From NCBI GenBank assembly GCA_000182565.2, contig KQ257468.1: DNA of 64,000 bases. One strand, 5' to 3'. The number at the start of each line of letters is the position of its first letter. Positions within the stretch are counted from its first letter, which is position 1. Below the pieces are notes generated by a model, which was given only the letters and a program-made list of their open reading frames with translations, ran no database searches and was not told the DNA's origin. This stretch comes from Spizellomyces punctatus DAOM BR117 (lineage: Eukaryota). The position numbers and the translations under genes were made by a program. Of this stretch, positions 25,183 to 37,165 are shown one piece after another.

Positions 25183-25838
25183 TCACCGGCATGGAGGATC
25201 ATGAATCTGTTGACATGTGCAGAGAGACTTTGCACACCCACTCTGGAGGCATGGTCGCAAACAGAAATCATTACCCCGACTCTGGTTCACAGCCTTGCTT
25301 TCCCATACAAGGCATTGAGGTGACACGCAAAAGATCCGGTTGTCCCTGTGATTGATTCTTCCATCAAAACATAGACAGAGATGGGAGCACTCAAACATCT
25401 GCCAGCCTGGGTCTCCTACGGGTGGCCGGATATTCGAAAGCCAGCAGACAATCCATGTGACAGTTACTTTATCTGCCTTCCATGATCCATCAGGAAGTGC
25501 ATCAAGTGCGATACGTAACGGAGATGGGAGCTGCTTTCGACGATCAGCACATGCCAACCTACATAGGTCATGCGACGCTCCGGAACGTGTTCTAGCAGTG
25601 AAGATACTAGACTTCATATTCCTTTCGTACCTCAGCCAGTGCCTTAAATGTGTGACTAAATAGTCCTCACCATCAACAGTGGGAGGATAATTTGTGCTGA
25701 CTGTTTGTACGGTATGGCACGGCTATAAACAGGCCTGATTGCGTCCAGGCTCGCACACATGCGCATGAATCTTTCTGCAACGGCTATATGCGAGTTCTTC
25801 TTCCCGGAATATTGGTTCAATGGCGGAAGACTTGACAT
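25183..25838 (-). CDS. His-Cys box (His-Me finger) homing-endonuclease-like protein, possibly frameshifted near the 5' end
   Basis: FECSHLC...CVSPQCLVWESKAVNQSR..FC..PC...C....CTCQQIHDPPC resembles the I-PpoI-type zinc-binding loop. The frame is open upstream to a TAG at ~25723; a short ORF from ATG 25838 lies in another frame. Confidence 0.7.
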
Positions 25839-26768
25839 GAGGCGGTTCCTTAGTAAACGACAAATGTCTTAGTCAAGAAGCTACTTTGTTAGATCAGAGT
25901 TCAGATAAACCAAACTCTAGTAAAAACTTCCTTCTTCTCGTAGATGAGTCACAACGAATTCAAAGGCGAGCGTGTCTGTCGAGTGTATCGAAATCATCCG
26001 GACCAAACACACGATGCAGAAGACGAGGCTGCGCTCACCCCGCAGCATGAGATCCGCTGGCTTACCACCTTAACCCGACGGGACGTAATGACCGGAAGCA
26101 CAAATGTGCCAAGTTTAGTATTTATCCAAGGGCATGCTGGATCAGATCTGATGTGTCAATGTCAGCAATAGCTGTCGCAAACCCGCAAAGTCATCAGAAC
26201 CTTATCAGCAATATGAATATGAGGAGGGTCGGATATCAAGATTGCAGTGCCTCAGACAAGCGATCTAAAGATGTTTGCAAGAGTGGTCCACATAAGAGCT
26301 TCGCCAGGATGACTCAACCTGTGTTGGCAGAGTGAATGACGAGATGGTATTATAGATGCTAGATAAAAGACCGTCAATATGCTCATCTATCAGATACTGA
26401 TCGATATCCATTTGCATCAGAAAAATAACAAAGTTATCGTCATGAAATGAGCAACTTGCTTCATTTCTGAATTCGGAAGTTCCCGTTGAAGCCACGTTTG
26501 CTTACGCAATCGGCCGTCGTGTATTTCCGAGAGGCTTCGGGAATTCCCGTTGAGACACGGTTGCTTATTCAATTTGTTCTTGATGTCTGTGATAACCCGC
26601 AGCGTCAACAACCGCCAGCCGTTCTTCACCTTTTTTTCTGCTTTGGCGTCCCCCATTACACATTGGCAGATTCATCGCTGTACTCTCCATTCTGCACCAG
26701 TATATACCCGTAGTAGATTCCCCCTTAAACTTACTCTCTCTCGCTCCACATACACTTTAACAGTGACA

Positions 26769-28100
26769 ATGCCAGGAACACCAAAAGAAAAGGTTTGTCT
26801 TATCGGCTCGGGGAACTGGTGCGTTACCGCTGTTACTGAAGTGCAATACAATGTTTGGGCTGTCTTCTCACTTTTCTTTCCTTTACTTTGCTAGGGGGTC
26901 TGCAATAGCAAAGATTGTGGGCAGAAATGTTCTCCAGAACCATGAATACGATAACGAGGTCCGCATGTGGGTTTACGAGGAAATTGTCCAGGGACAGCGA
27001 CTCACAGAGCTTATAAACACACGACACGAAAATGTAAAATACCTCCCTGATGTGAAACTTCCCGAAAATATCGTCGCCGTGCCGGACCTTTTGCAATCTG
27101 TTGAAGGAGCGACACTCCTGGTCTTCGTCATTCCCCACCAATTTGTGAAAGGAGTGTGTGAACAACTCAAGGGAAAAATCCACCACAATGCTCGGGCAAT
27201 ATCACTCATTAAGGGTGTCGACATATCAAAAGGAGGGCTTCACCTTATCTCCGATCTGATTAAGGAGAATCTGGACATCGACGTGAGCGTTTTGATGGGC
27301 GCGAATATTGCCTCTGAAGTGGCAATGGAAAACTTTTGTGAGAGTACCATCGGTACGCAACATATGTGGTGTAGAGATTAGACTAGTTGAAGAGTACACT
27401 GACTGCCTCGTAAGTGTAGGTTGCACCGATCGCCTTAACGGGGAAGCGTTCTGGAAGATATTCCACACTCCTTATTTCCGCGTGGCTATCGTTGATGATG
27501 TCGCTGGTGTGGAGCTGTGTGGTGCTCTGAAGAACGTCGTGGCCATCGGTGCTGGGTTCATTGATGGACTCAAGATGGGCGAAAACTCGAAAGCTGCCAT
27601 TATCCGGATTGGTCTTATGGAGATGAAAAAGTTTGCAAAGACATTCTACTCTGGCGTAAAGGATGAAACTTTCTTTGAAAGCTGTGGTGTCGCGGATGTG
27701 ATCACCACATGTTTTGGTGGCAGAAATCGTAAGCAAGACTGGAATAATTACAATTGCAGATTTTTCTGCCGATCATTAGAGTTGAGCACTGAATATACAT
27801 CGCTCGATGCCGATATTTAGGTCGTGTTGCGGAGGCCCGTGTACGGACAGGCAAGTCTTTCGAGACACTCGAAAAAGAAATGTTGAATGGGCAGAAGCTT
27901 CAAGGCACCTTGACCGCTAAGGAGGTTAATGAGATTTTGAGAACGAAGAATATGGTGGAACAGTAAGTGATCCTTCAGGCCACCGTGCTATTCCGATCGA
28001 GGGGCTTACTTCCAACTCGCGCAGATTCCCATTCTTTACCGCAGTGTACAGGATTTGCTACGAGGGTTTGCCACCAAAGTCTCTTGTCGAGGTGATTTAA
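26769..28100 (+). CDS. GPD1: NAD-dependent glycerol-3-phosphate dehydrogenase, multi-exon
   Basis: [78 protein letters not shown]. Confidence 0.97.
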
Positions 28101-29474
28101 AGAGTTGTATGCTGAAGGGACATCATAGCATAGGCAAGGATATCGTGATTGATAGCCAGTACTATAGAGCAGCCTTTGGCATCTAGCCCAAACGGTGACG
28201 AAACTAATAGAGTAGCAGTATCTATGTCTATCTCTCTTTGTAGATATGTGAATGTGGTGCTGCCCCTGTGGGCTTCGTCCATTTCAGCTCAACTGCGCTT
28301 GTCAACTGCTAGTGCTCCTGCAGGCTATCGGTTGTGCTCTTCTACAGAGCTTTGATTTGGGCTGTTCCGTACATTTCCTGCCGCTTGCAATGCCTCCGGT
28401 CTTCTTCCAGAAGACTACAGGTGCGGACGCTTGTACTCTGGCCACCCTTGGTCCTGTCATCATCTGTTACATAATGTAGTTTTATCTCATGGTCTTCACC
28501 AATTCAATTCTGCATTAACGCTCAACAATGCCCGTCGTCCTTCCAAGTCGCTTATTAGGTTTTTTCAGTCTTATCAATCGGTGCTGATCAGGGTCTGAGT
28601 GCGACTAGCATTTCTCGAAAACATGCAGGCCTTTGGTGACGAATCACCTGCAGCCGCCGGAGACATAGCTTCTGGTCATGGCGTCAACCTTTCTTGCCGT
28701 CCTTTTCTGACTCTGTAGGTTAGGACGTGATGCAGTGCGCATTATTCATGTCTGCAACAATGCCGCTGTGATGATAGATTTTCCTGCACTGGTGTAGCAC
28801 TCTATCGTCAGCATTAGGAAAAAGACGAAATGAATCCATGCGCGCGGACTTGACGGCGGTTCCAGTCTCTGGACCTCAATGCAGCACTTTCTGGTCATCT
28901 AGTAATCGACAACTGGATCATAGCTTAATTTTCATTCATGAATGATCTTGATTGCAAACGATCGAACTTAGCTGCAAATGTATATTGGGAGGGTTTTAAG
29001 GTATTGACCGGTCTTGCATTTCATTCCACACCAGCTAGTCGTCGAATCCGTCACCAAAGAGTGTGCTAGTGGTTGCAAAGCGTCTAAAGCTTTACCCCTA
29101 GGTCAAATTTGAATGGCTGGTCTCGTTAGACCTCCTGTCAGTGTCATGACATGCAAAATACAATTCAGAGTACACAGTGAGGAAAGAGCTGTGACTAATA
29201 TAAAACAAAATAACACATCCAAGAAAAGCCTCCATAGCGCTCATCAACACCCCGGCTTACAAAACATTTGCCGGAAGAAAATAATGGAGGGAATTCAAAA
29301 GACTATATCGACCAACACAGGGTAGATAGCTAGTGTCCCATCTACTACACAAAAGACCTCCCCACCGTCCCCCAACCAAGCCCAGTTTATATTCCCGCTG
29401 GCCATTCATTATCAAACGTTATGAGGCACCTTATTTTTACCTGTACAAGTCCGATACATTTCCACCTATCTCTG

Positions 29475-31268
29475 CTATGCATCCACCTCCATTGCATTGT
29501 CACCTCGCTCTCCTTGTTTCTCCTCCTGTCCATCCTCCACCCTAAACCACCTAGGGAGGCTCCAGCCTTTCCCATCGGTAGCTTCGACAACTTGAGACGG
29601 CTGCGACATATCACCGTTATCATCACCTTGCTTGTACCATCGCGGTAATGAGGTCGTCTCTGGCAATCCAGGACAGGAGCTTCCATTACTGCCAAATGAT
29701 GATGCGGTTCCCATGGACCACACACTTGGAGCCTCCGAGGTAACGCTAGGGCAACTATTTGAGACGACGCTTTCCGAGTCGCGTCCACGGCCTTCCAGCA
29801 TTTTCTCTAGGACAGTTTGCTGATACAAAAAGGCCTCAAAAGTGGATGTCGTTGACGAAGAAGACATGGATGACAGAGATGCACTGGAAGAGACAGAGCA
29901 CATGCTTGCGCGATGGTGTAATGGTGATACGGGAGGGTGAGGTGGGAAGTAGTTGTGGTCACTTTGCGCAGGGGCAATTTGTAGGTGATACGGTTGAACG
30001 CGATGCTGATGAGGGTGATGCGGATTCCGCACACCTAACAGAGGATCCGCACGCTTCTTTCGTACGGCGCCAGATCTCCCCAAGTTGGTATGTCCCTGTG
30101 CCGACGTAACCAAGACGGTAGGTCCTGTGGTGGCGATGATATTTGGTGACGAGATCCGCGTGCTCGATCCAGTCGAGCGCAACGAGGCGGCATCGCTAAT
30201 CGGTGAGCTCGTGTACGACATTGGTCGAGGATGTCCAGCCTGGGGTATGAATGACGCATCTGCTGGAGATGCCGGGGAATGCACGTGGTGTGAAGAGAGA
30301 CTTGGGAGATAAGGAGAGATGTTGTTCCAGGACATGCCTAGGGGGAGCGCTGCTGGTACTGGTGATGGCAGAGGTGATACAACGGCTGTTGCGGACGCTG
30401 CCGGTGCGATAGGAGCAGTGGGGGTATTTGGTGACAGAAATATCGGGTTCAGAGTGGAAGATGGAGTGGAATGGGAGGTAGAACTAGACGTTGAAGATCG
30501 TGATAGGCGTTGATGTGGTGTGTGCAGAGGCGGCGCTGCCGCGTCGTTGATCGGCGTGCTTGTTACAGCTTGCTCCTCCAACCAGCGGGCAAACTTTTGC
30601 ATCGCTGTGACCCATTCAACGTATTCTGCTTCTGGAACGTACAAATCAAAGGAAATACCAGCCAAAAACCCCATTTCGATTCCATTGAGTTCATCCAGGG
30701 GCATCTGCGCGACCTTTGCCCACCAACGATTTGAGTACCGCGAGTCGTCAAGAAACTTGTTCGCAGCCGCGAGAGCTGCGACTAGCACTCCAAATTCTGA
30801 CGTTGAATCTCCCGATACAGCGCGCTGACCTTCCGACACGACATTTCCAGGCTCCATGTGCATTTCGACGTGATTGTCCACCATCATTGCTCCGCCGGCT
30901 CGTTCTCTCTTTCGATGCAGAAATCTTTCCACGTACTTGAGAGCCACTAGAATGACAGGCAAACTCAATTTTGAGCCAGAAATAAGCCGTTGTGCAAAGA
31001 CAGACAGGGCCGCTGGTGGCCGACCGGCCGGAGTTGATTGCGTTTGCTTGGCGACAGTGAGCCATTGTGAAGGGTGTTCTGGCAACAGAAAGGAGTCTGG
31101 AGGAAGGGAGAGGTGGTGGACCATGACGTGAACGACGGTAGCGACGAGACGGGAAACACGAGCGTAAGAGGATTTTGAGCTGTTGGTAGTTTTGCTAGTT
31201 CGTAAGGATGGTGGTCGCTTCCTGTCCGCTCCATGAGGGGAAGAAGGAAGCAGGCCTTTTGAGGCCAT
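29475..31268 (-). CDS. Pho80/Pcl-family cyclin with a long disordered Ser/Pro-rich tail
   Basis: 597-aa single ORF with cyclin box VILVALKYVERF...ANKFLDDSRYSNRWWAKVAQMPLDELNGIEMGFLAGISFDLYV. Confidence 0.88.
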   Translation of the reverse strand: MASKGLLPSSPHGADRKRPPSLRTSKTTNSSKSSYARVSRLVATVVHVMVHHLSLPPDSFLLPEHPSQWLTVAKQTQSTPAGRPPAALSVFAQRLISGSKLSLPVILVALKYVERFLHRKRERAGGAMMVDNHVEMHMEPGNVVSEGQRAVSGDSTSEFGVLVAALAAANKFLDDSRYSNRWWAKVAQMPLDELNGIEMGFLAGISFDLYVPEAEYVEWVTAMQKFARWLEEQAVTSTPINDAAAPPLHTPHQRLSRSSTSSSTSHSTPSSTLNPIFLSPNTPTAPIAPAASATAVVSPLPSPVPAALPLGMSWNNISPYLPSLSSHHVHSPASPADASFIPQAGHPRPMSYTSSPISDAASLRSTGSSTRISSPNIIATTGPTVLVTSAQGHTNLGRSGAVRKKRADPLLGVRNPHHPHQHRVQPYHLQIAPAQSDHNYFPPHPPVSPLHHRASMCSVSSSASLSSMSSSSTTSTFEAFLYQQTVLEKMLEGRGRDSESVVSNSCPSVTSEAPSVWSMGTASSFGSNGSSCPGLPETTSLPRWYKQGDDNGDMSQPSQVVEATDGKGWSLPRWFRVEDGQEEKQGERGDNAMEVDA

Positions 31269-31349
31269 GTAAGTGTTTTCAGTGTGTTATACTAAACGTA
31301 AGCGAGAAACAAATGTACAATGTCATGTTCATTAGCCCAAATGAACGTT

Positions 31350-31384
31350 AAAAAAAAAAACGACGACGACGACGACGACGACGA
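31350..31384 (+). repeat. Compound microsatellite: poly-A plus (CGA)n
   Basis: An A-run followed by ~8 CGA units, ~80 nt upstream of the cyclin ATG. Confidence 0.9.
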
Positions 31385-31784
31385 ACGTCTTGATTTTCCA
31401 GGCAAGAAATTCCCAGGCAATGGGCTGCGAAGGAATACAATGCAAAGGACTATAACCATATATGGTTATATGGGAGGGGTCACAAAAGTTTGCGAGAATT
31501 CCAAGATAATTTCCTTTTATAGTAATATTTCATTATAATTTGTAACGAAATATCACGTGTGGTCGTTCTCAAAAGAAGCAATCGCTGGCACATGGGCCAT
31601 GGGTTCCCAATGGAAGACGGCTGCGGAACAACTGGCGGAAGTAGATATGATCACATGACCTCATTTTTTACAGTCACGTGGACACATGCTTTTGGACAAT
31701 ACTCGATATCAAAAAAGGATGGGCAACTGGGTGTAGGTAGCAGCTGCGAGTGTAAAAGAAGCACACAAAGGTAATAAAGCATGT

Positions 31785-34700
31785 TCATGAAGGTACAGTA
31801 ACAAGCCATCCGTCTTTCCCCTTCTTGATGGTGACATGGTCGCTCTTTCCCCTCGCGAATGTGACGGTGATGGCTTTTCCACCCGAAAATGTTGTTCGCA
31901 ATCTAATAAATGGTCAGTCAACACATGTGGGAGCAGGGTCGGGATGCGTAGCAACAAACCTGTCCTCTACCGTCACTTTTATACTCTTTCCCGAGTCTTT
32001 GCATGCCAACAACAGGCGACTCATAAATTGTATGCAAAATTCGTCACTTCGCACGACGACATCTCCTTTAGCATTGGACGGACAGTGGATCATCATGATG
32101 CCATCGTTCAGGGTGGATGTAGACACGCCTATAATATCTTGCAGCGGGAGCTTGTCCTTGATGTGATTCTTATCCATTGTGTAGACATGGGAGGGTGTCA
32201 GGACAAGCAGGCGCGCGACTTGCTTGGAAGGATTTGATCGGTGGATCTTGCTGCATGTAATGGCGGAGAGGATTTCTGCATATAAATCGCAACTTGTTAA
32301 ATTCATACAGATGTATGTGCTTCCAAAAACGCAATCTTACCCCCAGGAACATTTCCCACAACCTGAACATGCTCTGGCTGAAACACTTGCCTGGAGCTAT
32401 CTGCAAATGACGCTTTCTTTTGGAATGCGTCGTATGCAGTCGCTTTCCATGTCAGCTTCCATTTCCTGTCACTAGGTAATCGCGCGCGGTATCGTTTAGC
32501 CTACACTTGACATGTTAACTTTTCTATGCACACATTCTCCCTGTTTTGCAATGAGAGGGGGCATACCGAAATTCTGCGATACCACAGTCTGACGAGTTCA
32601 TCCACACTCTTGCCCAAGCGTCCCTTGAGCGCATTCGGCCACTCTACTTGTCTCCAGGCATCGCCTGCTCGTCGAACAGAATCCGCGACCGTTCCCAACC
32701 ATACGCGCGCATGGTGTCTTCGCCAGGCTCGCTGTATCGGTAGAACGGCGTATTTGGGTAGCGTACGTCGGAGGTGGTTATACTGTCGACGGACCTTGGC
32801 ACAAGGAAATCTGGCGTAAGTGCTCCGTGAAGGTAGTTTGCATGATGGAGATACTTACAATCCATCCTCGGACATTTTTTTGAATGATCAAGTTCGCCTT
32901 CCTGATTTTTCGATATTGGACAACATGCTGAGACGCAAGATAGTCAGCGCATCCGTTACACCCTCATCTACATATGATACATACGAGACGCCTCCTGGAA
33001 TATGCCTGTAACTTGATTACTTGTTTCCGCGTTTTCAGGAATGCTTGGCGCTCGCGAGAGCCAATCCATATTGCGCGAATAATGGTTGCTAACCACGTCT
33101 TGCATTCGTTACGGAGCATCTCGATGCGTAAAATCTAAAATTATGGGGACCAGTCATATATCCATCTGTAACAAATCGAGAGAGTATCTACAAGGCGTAC
33201 CGTGTCTGGATGTCTGATGAACACTTTGGTTTTTCCCAGCCTGTATTCGCTCTCATCAACTGCAGCCTCCTGCAATACCTTCAATGTTCCTTCACGCACG
33301 TCTCCAGCACGGTAATTTGGCCAGGTGCCTTTTGGGTCTGTGCTTCGATCGGGCCCCAGCATTTTATATCGCGCAAGGAACTTTGTGAAAGGTGCCCGGT
33401 AGCAGAAACCTGCTCGACGGACGAGGATGTTTTCACGAAGACTTTGATGGCCAACGGTTCAGCAACTGCTAAATATCAAATAAATGGTCATTTTTACTCA
33501 CCCCAAGTATCGACATTGATGTCGAACCAGTTCTTGATCAAAAACATCTGGCCGCTTGGAGGCGTTGGGCTTAATGCAGCGGATGTAGTGGGGGTTCTTT
33601 GACATGAGATTTTGAATAAGCGATGACATTGATGTCTAGTGCCAGGTTAAGAGTAAGCAAGAGTGTGAAACTTAAAATTGGCTCGTTCCTTTGCTGCTCA
33701 CCTTGAACTGAGTCGCCAATGTATCCGGCCTCTTCTGCCCTTTACCACCAGCGACGCCAACTCCCGCATCCCCTTCCTCTGGGAACATTTCCCTCACGCC
33801 TGTCTTTTCACTCCCAGCGATACATAAAACAACGTCTCTCCAGAGGGCATCTACGTTGCGATCCAAAAATCCATCCACCTCGTACATAACATCTCCTGCA
33901 TAATGCTTCAATGTAAAAGCGTTATGAGGTAGGAGTTGTGATGATTGTGGGGCGGAGCCAGTGAGCGCCGGATTTGAACGATTGCGTGATTGTTTAGCTC
34001 GTGAGTCGTAGTGTGGGTGCTTAATTACGTTACTATCGAGCTTTTGCAGGAAAGTCAAGGGAGTGGGGGTTCCTGGCATCGTGCATTCTTCGTCCAGAAG
34101 TGAGATAATTCCTCGGTTCTTCGATTCGATAAGTTCGCAGATTGTTTCATTGTTGAAAAAATCGATTGTGGTCCACTCAATTCCCTGCATGATGCCCAGG
34201 TCGTCGATTTAGAGATGCTCGCTTGACGCCGCAAAATGTACGTGAAACCACACACCTCTTTTTCATAATCTTCCTGTTCGGACTTTACTGTCAGTTCGAT
34301 GAACAGCTGCTGCAACTTCTCGTTGCAGTAATTAATTAGGAATTGATCAAACCCGTTTGACTACCAAAGTCAGTTCCCTTTTAGTACGCATGTATCGAGT
34401 CTGGCGATGACGCACGCCTGTCCACAAGCATACCTGAAAAACCTCAAATCCATAAATATCCAGCACTCCGATTACGCTAAATCCTCTCTGCTCTGCTTCA
34501 GAGCCTGGAGAAATGCATCCATTCAAGGTGGTGACAAGGTGGGAAAAGAGACGACCGTAAAGAAGTTTGGCGAAGGCGTCGCGCGTCTTGGTGGCCTAAA
34601 GTTGCATGTGTTTGCAAACTCTGGAATGGTCTACTTCTGAACAAAAGCTCATCACTCATCATACCTGACCAGGCAGAAGTGGGACGGTGATCTTTTCTTT

Positions 34701-36126
34701 TTTTGCCTGGTCATAGACCGAGCGGTGTGTCAAAACCTGCGACAGACTTTCTGGGGTAATGCCAAGAAGCCGAGATACGTGCGACAACGCTACGAAGGAT
34801 ATATGCCAACATGACTGATTGTGCAGAAGCGGCCCTTTTCCTGGCAAACGTACCTTCCTCTCCGACTACGCGACTGCCCTCGACACCAACCTTTTCCTCG
34901 TCTCCTTCCGTCATCAAAACCTCTTCTTCAAATCTAATGTTTCCCAAGTGCAGCACGGCCGCCACGATCTCCATCCAGAACCTTCGTGTTTCTTCCTTGA
35001 CCCCAACCTCTTGCATTGCCTGAATGATAGCAGTAAACGTCTGCGCATCGTTAAAGTCTTCTGCTGGGTGGCAAAGGTAGGCATAGTTGCTTGTATTGCG
35101 GGTAAGGCTAAGGTGTGCTATAAACAAATGTGAAACTGGTCAAGATATCGCAACCACACGAACATGGACCGAGTAGCCTACATAAAAGGTCATCATCGCC
35201 TCCCGATAGAAGCTGGTAAAAGATGTGAAATGATCGTTCCCCGGACGATTGATGTACCACGCGTGACTTTTCCAGTAGATCTACACAAAACAGTTGGTGA
35301 GCTACGTAGCTCCCTTCAAAAAACATTGTATGCTCACATGTAGTGATTTTTCCTCCGACAGGTAGTCCTCGGAAATCAAATTCCAGGTCCATGTATTTGC
35401 CCTGGACGGAGAGACAGATGGCATTAATTTCAACCAGCTTCTCTTCAACTTGCTAGACGGCAGATAACCCACAAATCGGGAAGAGTTATCGTTTCGTGCG
35501 GTTTTCGCATTCCCAAATGCTAAATTGAGGAATTGATATCACGTACCCCACAGCGTTTACCAAAGCCCATAGGATAATCATACCTTCCAGACACGGATTG
35601 GCGCTCACCAACCGCTCCTTCACACCCTCTCCTCCCTCGACAACGCCTGCGACATAACCCAGAAAGATTTTTGATGCTTCCGTCTTTCCCGCTCCACTCT
35701 CCCCCGTGATCAGGACGCACTGGTCTCGTGCGTGGGTCAGTAGGGACCGGTAGGCGGTTTCGGCAATCGAGTAACTGTTCAGACGACATGTTGTTAGATT
35801 TGCTATCGTGGGGCGATGCGGAAGACACATACATGTGTGGAGGATGTTCATAAATGTTAGACCCCTTGTATCTCGTTGCCCATTCGGGAGAGTATATTGG
35901 AAGTTGTTTGTATGGATTAATGGAGACGACAACGTTGCCAATGAAAGTCTGTCAATGCACCACCAAAGTAAATTACGTTGCAGGCGACGCCGCGACCACA
36001 GATCCAGCCGGAACTCACGTAAACGACATCGTTTTCCAAGCGCTTGCGTATATTTTCCACAATCGATTCTTCGGTAATCTCCGAAAGGAGGACAAAATCA
36101 GATACACCAGGCTGGGAGGTATCCAT
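31785..36126 (-). CDS. Class I myosin, short-tailed (motor-IQ-TH1), multi-exon
   Basis: [64 protein letters not shown]-like region and a TH1-like tail ending ...GWLVTVPS*. Confidence 0.93.
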
Positions 36127-37165
36127 CGCGGACGCAAGGTACTGGGCACAATCAGTCTATGAACCTGGTTATCTAGGACAGGCCTCTCTACCGCCACGTC
36201 TTTGGCCCAAGATGGCCCTATCTGAGATGTGTTTTCCAACTACCTAGAGAGAAACGCGCAGATCTATTTTAATCTTGAGATGCTCCGACGTTATCAAGTG
36301 AGCAGACATTACCACACACCCGTTCCATATTAGCAGGCATTACCACACACCCGTTTATACTTTCCACTGTTGATGACTGGATCTAAAAATACCCCGAAAA
36401 AAGCGCTTTCAATGATTCAAACATGATTTCGGTCGTGGAATATTTGACCAGCCACATCGATAGAGTCTGGCTTGCTTATAATGCCCGTCAACATGGTATG
36501 AATGGAGTATTTCTTTACCTTCCGCAAAGGACCCGCATGAAGCGCTAATGCTGCTGAAACCCGCGGATCTGGAAGCACATGTGCCCAAATCTAACAGTTT
36601 GAACATGGAATACACCCCTGATACTACCTATAAGATCTCTTGATAAAATTCTCCGTGACGGTCGCTATAAAAGCAAAAGAACGGAAGACTAGGTAACAAA
36701 AGTTGTCAGGGATGTACTTTGTTGCAACAAACCTTTGCACCATAGCAAGTGGGAATCGGTTACGATTACCACTCTGGAATTTGTGTATGCTGACAGTCTT
36801 AATTTCTCTGAGCATGTCTACGGACGGTATCTCCAGCTGTAGTCTTTAATCAGATCATTAGGAGTTCTATTGCGCCTGCTCTGAAGCATATCATGACAGC
36901 AGTCTACATTTGCCCAAGTGTTGTGTGCGGCCATATCTGCTTAGTCACGCGTCTGGTGCCATTCCAGAGTCCTCCAACACCTTTTCGGGACCTGCTCAAA
37001 CTTGGGAGCGAATTGTGACAATAGCAGAGTAGGTTCAACTAGGATTGTTGGACATAAAAGATAACCACGTAAATTCTCTACGAGAGCTGACTCACTAGGC
37101 TAGGAATAGGAATCGTTTCCCAAATCTATTTTTGCTAGAGCCACTATTAATGCTGTCACTGGTCC

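Noticed and set aside
28100-29400. 1.3-kb gap between GPD1 and the cyclin
   Set aside because: Convergent 3' region with only short spurious ORFs and no structure found.
29632-31131. Multiple plus-strand ORFs over the cyclin (likewise over SEC2, TPP2 and myosin)
   Set aside because: Antisense shadows of real coding sequence.
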